Shown: in pieces, positions 58,231 to 64,000 of the stretch | Position numbering within the stretch: position 1 is the first letter of the stretch | Layout of the letters: each line of letters opens with the position of its first letter | Assembly: GCA_001816585.1 (NCBI GenBank) | Contig: MHCJ01000003.1 | Location: 522,681-586,680 of the forward strand | Source: Candidatus Chisholmbacteria bacterium RIFCSPHIGHO2_01_FULL_52_32 | GTDB taxonomy: Bacteria; Patescibacteriota; Microgenomatia; UBA1400; Chisholmbacteraceae | Direction: 5' to 3' | Length of the DNA: 64,000 nt | Notes under the pieces: model-generated | Database searches by the model: none | Seen by the model: only the letters and a program-made list of their open reading frames with translations | What the model was told of the DNA's origin: nothing | Made by a program: the position numbers and the translations under genes

Positions 58231-58809
58231 ATAAAAAACCCTCTCTTACAAGCAGGGCACTTCATTATCTTAAAGTATGCGTATACTACCCGAAAGCGCA
58301 TTGGCTTGTCAATAGAGCAGATTTTTCATTGTTCAATTGCTACATTGTTCTATTGTTACAGAACTGACCACTTCTTTACTTGTCTAAAGTTTTATGCCCA
58401 TTCTTTGTTCGTCCAAAGAATGGGCTAAGAAAGGACGCCCTGTGAAGCCTTGCCGGCGATTCCTCTGGCTCGACGGTGGGAGCCCTTCGGCTTCGCTCAG
58501 GGCATTTCATTACCCTCGGAAATTCACCGCTAGCTGGCGGTTCAGTTTCCGTATCCCACTCGTCTCGCCCTCGAATCGCAACTGCAGCGGCTTCAAAAGG
58601 GAGAGAGAACTCTTAGGTGAATTCTTCTTGAAGAAATTGTTCAAAGGGGTTTCTAATTCGTAATTCATGATTCATAATTCTTTCTTTTGGCTGCGTTCAA
58701 AGGTGTCTTTGCATCATCCATAATTCATGATTCATAATTCATGATCCGTGATTTCTAAACACTCTATGTTTGATCAATAATGATGAAGCTCAAAAGGAGA
58801 AACGAAGGT

Positions 58810-59319
58810 TTAGGTGGAGGTGATGGAGACTTTGATTTCGGTGGTAGGATTTCCGGCTGGCTTTGTGATCTCAACCCGAATTTCGGTTTTCCCGTCCGCC
58901 CCGACGAGTTTGTTTAAGACATTGTCATTGGTCTTTGTCTTCACGAATGATTTGGTGTTCATTCCTAACCTAACAATTATTTCTTTGTACCAATCCGTAA
59001 TATCGTCCGAGTCATCATTGCTTTTAAGAACCAGGGAATTTTCGTTTGAACTTTCCTTCGTCGCATTCGGGTACTGGAAATTTGAGAGTAACGCTTCATC
59101 TTTCGGGGTCGGTTTAGCCTGCGGTTTTGTGGGTTGCGGTGATGGTAGAGGACTCGGTGTGGCTGTTGGCGCTTCTGTTTCTGTTGTTCCTGGCTTTTCC
59201 TCGACTGTCTGCTGAACTTTTGTTTCTTGTTGCTGTGAAACCTGATTGGTTCTTAATTCATTAAACACAGCGCCGGCGATTACGATGGTGACTGCGATGA
59301 TAGTGATGACAAGACTCAT
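58810..59319 (-). CDS. Hypothetical membrane-anchored protein
   Basis: N-terminal TM, PT linker, F.YPNA...DWY. Confidence 0.7.
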   Translation of the reverse strand: MSLVITIIAVTIVIAGAVFNELRTNQVSQQQETKVQQTVEEKPGTTETEAPTATPSPLPSPQPTKPQAKPTPKDEALLSNFQYPNATKESSNENSLVLKSNDDSDDITDWYKEIIVRLGMNTKSFVKTKTNDNVLNKLVGADGKTEIRVEITKPAGNPTTEIKVSITST

Positions 59320-59392
59320 CTTTTCCTTAAGGCTGAAGCGAGTTGATTATACACCCCTCTTTAAATTCGAAGCGCAAAGTTCTTTCGATCGC

Positions 59393-60775
59393 TTATTGGC
59401 AAGTGTAATGGCTGGGGATGTACCTGCACCACCACGGTTTTGAAGTCGGGGTTGGGGTCGGAGTAGGTGTCGGTTCTCCGGTTGGCGAAGGTGTCGGAGT
59501 CGGGGTGGGTGTGAGCGTGGGTAAAGGAGTTGGTGTGGGGGTGGGGGTTGGAGTTGATGTCGGCGTCGGGGTGGGCGGTGCGGATACAACTCCTCCGACT
59601 GCGGCCGCAGCGTTGACTCTTCCCGCGGACCAATAGGTACCGGTGCCCTGGATTTTATCCGCTGTTTGTTCGAGTCGGTCGCGGATTTGTTGGTTGGTAT
59701 CCGATGGGAATGTTGCCTTGATCAGCGCTGCGACGCCCGCCACGTGAGGCGTTGCCATACTCGTTCCGCTTAATGTATCGTAATCATTGTTCGGAATCGT
59801 TGAGATAATGTTGACACCCGGAGCGGCAATGTCCACCCAAGAGCCGTAGGAAGAGAAGGAAGCTTTTTTATCGTTTGCATCGGTCGCAGCAACCGCAATG
59901 GCCTTATCATAGTAGGCCGGGTACGAGCGTTGGGTGCTGCCGGAGTTCCCTGCTGCAGCGACTACGACTACTCCTTTCCCCCATGCGTAATTGACGGCAT
60001 CCTGCAACGCACTTGATCCCGAACTTCCTCCTAAACTCATGTTGATTACTTCGGCCCCGTTATCCGTCGCCCAGTAGATACCGTTTATGATCCACGAATA
60101 ATACCCTGCGCCTTGGTCATCGAGTACCTTCACCGAATAGAGGCGGGCGTTATAACCGGTACCGGCAATACCAAGGCCGTTATTTGTCAGTGCTGCTGCG
60201 ATGCCTGCAACATGAGTTCCATGGCCATCCCGATCATATCGGCTGGAGGACCTTGTATAGTTTTGCCACTCGTCTACTTTCCCTGTTACGTCGGGGTGGC
60301 TTTCGGCTATCCCGGTATCTAAGATAGCGATGTCAACCGATCCGTCGTGGGTCATATCCCACGCGCCCGGGGTTTGAGTCTTATATTGTCCCCACTGACC
60401 GGAGAACTGGGGGTCATTGGGGATCTCCAGTGCGTAGGCAAGCGCATCCGGCTCGGCGTACTCTACCCAAACGCTATCCTTGTATCGCTTGGCAATGGAA
60501 TCTTCTTGGCCTTCCGGAACTTGCACGACAACCGTGTTTGCGGGGAGGAGGGATTGAATCTCCTGGGTTCCGATGGTGTTATGGAGGGCGCTTCGAACAA
60601 GTTTGGGTACAAAGGAGCGGAAGCGGACAATCACCCGCTGGGTGGAAACGGTTGGCGGTGTTTGCGCTGACGGAGGATTGGGAGTTTGGGGAATGGTTCC
60701 GATTGCCCAGATACCTGTTGGGAGAACAAGAAGTGCAATCAGGAGAGTGAGACTCTTCAGCGATTGTCGCAGCAT
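59393..60775 (-). CDS. Secreted S8 subtilase (thermitase-like) with PT-repeat tail
   Basis: ILDTG, GHGTHVAG, AAAGN, SGTSMATPHVAG. Confidence 0.95.
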   Translation of the reverse strand: MLRQSLKSLTLLIALLVLPTGIWAIGTIPQTPNPPSAQTPPTVSTQRVIVRFRSFVPKLVRSALHNTIGTQEIQSLLPANTVVVQVPEGQEDSIAKRYKDSVWVEYAEPDALAYALEIPNDPQFSGQWGQYKTQTPGAWDMTHDGSVDIAILDTGIAESHPDVTGKVDEWQNYTRSSSRYDRDGHGTHVAGIAAALTNNGLGIAGTGYNARLYSVKVLDDQGAGYYSWIINGIYWATDNGAEVINMSLGGSSGSSALQDAVNYAWGKGVVVVAAAGNSGSTQRSYPAYYDKAIAVAATDANDKKASFSSYGSWVDIAAPGVNIISTIPNNDYDTLSGTSMATPHVAGVAALIKATFPSDTNQQIRDRLEQTADKIQGTGTYWSAGRVNAAAAVGGVVSAPPTPTPTSTPTPTPTPTPLPTLTPTPTPTPSPTGEPTPTPTPTPTSKPWWCRYIPSHYTCQ

Positions 60776-61127
60776 GGAGGACTATCCTACTCCAAATAGC
60801 TCTCTTCCGTCAACGGTTATCAGCTTGAGTATTCTCTCCCCGTTATTCTCTGACGCCCCTAACTCCTCCGGGCAATCCAGGGGTTCTCCAGATACTCCCG
60901 GAGTAATCGGTACAGGTCCGACCTGTACAGCGCATATTATATGGCTTTTTGCTCTTACGTACAGGTGCGACCTGTATATCGGCGCCCACACAGCTTATCT
61001 CAAACGTCTCTATCTATGCGACGATCGAAAGCAGTTAACGACATATCCAGGCTAAGCGTCCGGGCATGTACGGGTGCGACCTGTACATGTACCGTACTGG
61101 GAATTGTTGCGAAGCCTCCAAACCGGG

Positions 61128-61628
61128 CTATGGAACAAGGAGTTTTTTGACGGGGCTGGTTTTGGATGACTTTCCACCGATAACGAAGATACTTCCGCTT
61201 CCCGGTTCATAGTCAGCTACGTATATTCCGGAGCTGTCCTCTGCCCAACAATAGATGACAAAGTCAGAGTAGTCACTAAAATATGTTCCAGTATATGTGT
61301 TTGTATTTATATTGAAAAGCTTAATGGCTTTACTTTGGCCGAAGTAAGCATTTTCCAAATCTATAGAGTACTGCTTATTTGGAGAGAAAAGCGGGAAGAG
61401 TTGGTCAGGTCCGGGATATACAGCATATCGAGCCTTGCAAATTTCTTCGACAACCGTCGGCGCCTTCTCGTTTTGGTTTTCCCAGATAAGCGTGGATGTT
61501 GGAAAAAAGATTCGGAAGCGAATGATTACGCTAATACTTAACAACACAACAATCGCCGAGATGATAGTTATCACTACAATCATAACGCTCTTTTTTCCTA
61601 TGAAATTTGCTGAGTTCTTAATGACCAT
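61128..61628 (-). CDS. Small membrane-anchored partner protein (paralog of 40068-40583)
   Basis: TM; FSPNK, CWAEDSSGIY, GGKSSKTSPVKKLLVP. Confidence 0.75.
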   Translation of the reverse strand: MVIKNSANFIGKKSVMIVVITIISAIVVLLSISVIIRFRIFFPTSTLIWENQNEKAPTVVEEICKARYAVYPGPDQLFPLFSPNKQYSIDLENAYFGQSKAIKLFNINTNTYTGTYFSDYSDFVIYCWAEDSSGIYVADYEPGSGSIFVIGGKSSKTSPVKKLLVP

Positions 61629-61778
61629 AGGATAGATGTCTCCGCATTATATTCGTGATTAAACTCTATCAAATTTGTTGTTTCTAGACTAGGGTAAGAT
61701 TCCTCGCTATGGGTTTGAAAAAATCTAACTCTCCGGTTAATTTCCTTATCTTTTGACACTAACTAATTCTTTCACTCT

Positions 61779-64000
61779 TTAGTCACTCTTCGATTGAACA
61801 CTGATTCCCCGCCCCTCGAATTCTTGACCCAATAGACCAACTTCAACGACATATGTCTTCCCAGTCTCAAAGTTAAAATCGGGAAGATGAAGATTAACAA
61901 TATAGTGTTGTTCGGTCGCGTCTATTCGTATGACATCGCTTTTCCCTTGCAAACTTGTTTCTTCCATTGAAAAGGCTGCGACGACCGAAGAAGGATCGTT
62001 TGAATCTATGACCCAGACCTGCACACTCTTATCTTCGACAAATCCTCCCTCGGCATCACGAATTGTGAACTTGATGGGAAGGGTGGATTTTAGCGTAACT
62101 TTACGGGGTTCATCCGGATTATTCAACGGTGGGTACCATTGGATATTCAGCGGAGCTATGGGCAGACTAGCTCGATTATAGACAGCTGTATGTTCATGAG
62201 TACCTCCTGGTGAAGTGGCCCCTGTGAATTCTACGATGGTTAGATAACCTTCCTCACTGAATGCTTGTACTTGCACCGTGTAATTCCCATAATCTATTCC
62301 TTGTAAGTTGATCGTGTATGCTCCTTCCAAGGGTTCCGGGATGAGAATAAAGTCCGGCTCATTAGCCTCGTTTGAACGGCTAAATAATGCCCCTGGAATC
62401 TCTGGGAGTTCCTCACCCGTATTAAAATCAAGACCCGTTCGTCTTCCCAGTGGATCGGTTATCTGAATTTCCACCGGCGACAAATTGATGAACCCTAAAG
62501 CTGCTTCGTGCAAATTGATGCCCGGATCGACAAAGCCGGCGTTAAAAAATGGACGGGAGATCGTTAAGTGCTCTAGTACGCTCTGCTGAAGTTGGGAGGG
62601 CATGTGTTGATGTGTGATGATTGAGCCATCATCACTCTGAGTTTTGTGCTCTGCCTGCATTCGCTCATCAAATAGACTGAGGTCAGCACTTGACAATGGA
62701 ACTGTTTCGTCACCAGGGCCTATCTCTCGAAATTCTCTTCCCTGCTTTACTTTCCCGTTAGTCCATAATCTCAATTGAGATTCTATGAAGTTACGTTCTA
62801 CTACCCTATAGAATGAGGGCGTATCTCTCTGTGGTCGATCTCCTATAAACGAAATCACATTGTTCCCTCCTAGCCGATCAATGAGAACTTCAATATTTTC
62901 ATTTAGTGAGGTCAAAAACTCATTCATCTGATGACCGAATGGGTAAATCGTTGTCGGTTCATTAGTGGAAATAAGGTACCCCCCAGGATCATTCTCTAAA
63001 TACTCATCCACTGGAAAAAGTTCCCGGATGCTCGACACCTTGTCTTCAATGTATCTGTAGAGATCTGTTTTAGTAGTTAAGCAAATTTTTATTAAGTCGG
63101 TGCAGTACCCATTTTTCCGGGCAAGACTGCGGATTAAAACATCTGCTAATATTTTCCCTACCTCGCCAGTATCATCGAAAAAATCAAACTCTAAGCCTTC
63201 TGCTACTAAATACGCTTTCGGTGCACCAAGGTGAGGTGTTCCAAGCGTAATTAACCGATGCACGTTACCCGTGTATGTGTCGCTCTGGACGTATGCCCGA
63301 GATACCAGCCCTCCGAGACTATGCCCAACAAGATCTACCGAGGAGGAGTTGATATATTCCTTCGATGCGGCTACCGGAAGTATTTTCGTTTTGATTGAAA
63401 CACCAAGCTCGTTTCCTGACTCTGAAATATGTTGCCGCCAATCGTATGGGAATGTGAATAGACTTGTATCTTTTTCATAACCAGCAAATTGTAGTTCTTC
63501 AAGGAGATTGTCATATGTACCAGCGACGGGATCTATTGTCCACTGTCCAAAAGCATTTTTCATTGAACCCAGAAGGCCGGGAATGACTACCACCGGGTGG
63601 ATTTGGGCGGTTGGGACGATCATGCTGTCTTCATCTTCGGCGATGACTTCTCCGCTTGAATCATTAAACAGTTTCGCGGTAACGAGAATAGTTTGTCCTG
63701 ACATCGGCTGAATCCACATCGGCCAGACTAAAGGCAGAGATTGGCCGGGTTGCAAGTTTATTGATCGCCGTAATATAGCCGGCGGCTCGATGAGGGTGTC
63801 ATTATATTCAAAGAGCAAGCGATCGGGATTTGAAAACGAAACAACGATAGTACCCAGCGCAGAAACTGATCCCGTATTTGACACATTGACCCGCACCTCA
63901 GCCGGATTCTGCGCATACCAGCCGCTGTCATTCAGCGTGAGTTCGTGCGGGACATCGACATCAACGACGATTGGAGCGGAGGCCGCGGTGGTGGAGAAGA
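61779..64000 (-). CDS. Second secreted lipase/acyltransferase paralog (5' part beyond the window)
   Basis: VIPGLLGS, GHSLGG, GDETVP, TLPIKF; frame continues past 63896 with FFSTT...VPHELTLN matching the first paralog. Confidence 0.88.
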   Translation of the reverse strand, partial: FSTTAASAPIVVDVDVPHELTLNDSGWYAQNPAEVRVNVSNTGSVSALGTIVVSFSNPDRLLFEYNDTLIEPPAILRRSINLQPGQSLPLVWPMWIQPMSGQTILVTAKLFNDSSGEVIAEDEDSMIVPTAQIHPVVVIPGLLGSMKNAFGQWTIDPVAGTYDNLLEELQFAGYEKDTSLFTFPYDWRQHISESGNELGVSIKTKILPVAASKEYINSSSVDLVGHSLGGLVSRAYVQSDTYTGNVHRLITLGTPHLGAPKAYLVAEGLEFDFFDDTGEVGKILADVLIRSLARKNGYCTDLIKICLTTKTDLYRYIEDKVSSIRELFPVDEYLENDPGGYLISTNEPTTIYPFGHQMNEFLTSLNENIEVLIDRLGGNNVISFIGDRPQRDTPSFYRVVERNFIESQLRLWTNGKVKQGREFREIGPGDETVPLSSADLSLFDERMQAEHKTQSDDGSIITHQHMPSQLQQSVLEHLTISRPFFNAGFVDPGINLHEAALGFINLSPVEIQITDPLGRRTGLDFNTGEELPEIPGALFSRSNEANEPDFILIPEPLEGAYTINLQGIDYGNYTVQVQAFSEEGYLTIVEFTGATSPGGTHEHTAVYNRASLPIAPLNIQWYPPLNNPDEPRKVTLKSTLPIKFTIRDAEGGFVEDKSVQVWVIDSNDPSSVVAAFSMEETSLQGKSDVIRIDATEQHYIVNLHLPDFNFETGKTYVVEVGLLGQEFEGRGISVQSKSD

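Larger units (their letters stand above)
21953..58503 (+). repeat. Second dispersed hairpin family CCTTCG-N5-7-CTCAGG
   Basis: 21953-21973, 34807-34825, 53205-53225, 56919-56939, 56942-56956 (partial), 58484-58503. Confidence 0.8.
12837..61086. repeat. REP-like palindrome family GTACAGGT-GCG-ACCTGTAC (16 copies plus 1 degenerate)
   Basis: Copies start at 12837, 13930, 14590, 31831, 38541, 38590, 39251, 39300, 39520, 40000, 40024, 44124, 51324, 60910, 60959, 61068; degenerate at ~32845. Confidence 0.92.

Noticed and set aside
58394-58663. 89-aa ORF in the 58.3-58.8 kb gap
   Set aside because: Composed of hairpin and heptamer repeat elements; no coding features
40068-64000. Paralogous lipase cassettes as a DGR template/variable repeat pair
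   Set aside because: No reverse transcriptase in the window; differences are not adenine-specific and span whole genes
1-64000. Alternative genetic code (TGA recoding), tRNA/rRNA genes, prophage
   Set aside because: Full-length conserved proteins end at TGA with ATGA coupling; no cloverleaf, rRNA or phage hallmark genes recognised

Overview
Bacterial window with standard genetic code (TGA used as stop in several ATGA overlaps). Gene content and style (three sortases, DUF2207, RAYT, many apparently leaderless genes) suggest Patescibacteria/CPR, probably Microgenomates; this is an inference. 1-22 kb is mostly housekeeping and accessory: ugd, trmD, rml genes, HDAC/NUDIX/AlkD/Fic/AlkA/RarA, SppA, RtcB. 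About 22-64 kb is a large cell-surface/extracellular-matrix region. It holds three sortases, an LPATG-anchored 1690-aa CnaB-repeat adhesin, a SipW/TasA-type operon with unusual donor-only and acceptor-only subunits, a family of five secreted proteins built from an ~85-aa Asn/Gly/Thr/Asp repeat, a GT2/PIG-L/GH18/WbqC/DegT polysaccharide locus, two paralogous secreted lipase + small partner cassettes, and proteases. The most striking signal is a conserved leader hairpin, GCC(A/G)ACCGCAAACGGAGGCA. It lies upstream of three matrix operons, overlaps terminator-like hairpins in at least two of them, and one copy sits directly downstream of a small DUF2292/YezD-like gene: a candidate protein-dependent attenuation regulon for matrix production. 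A RAYT transposase with at least 16 GTACAGGT-GCG-ACCTGTAC palindromes, a second hairpin family and heptamer tandem arrays (some in-frame inside trmD and rarA) are scattered throughout. No rRNA, tRNA or CRISPR array was recognised. All structures and alignments were read by eye.
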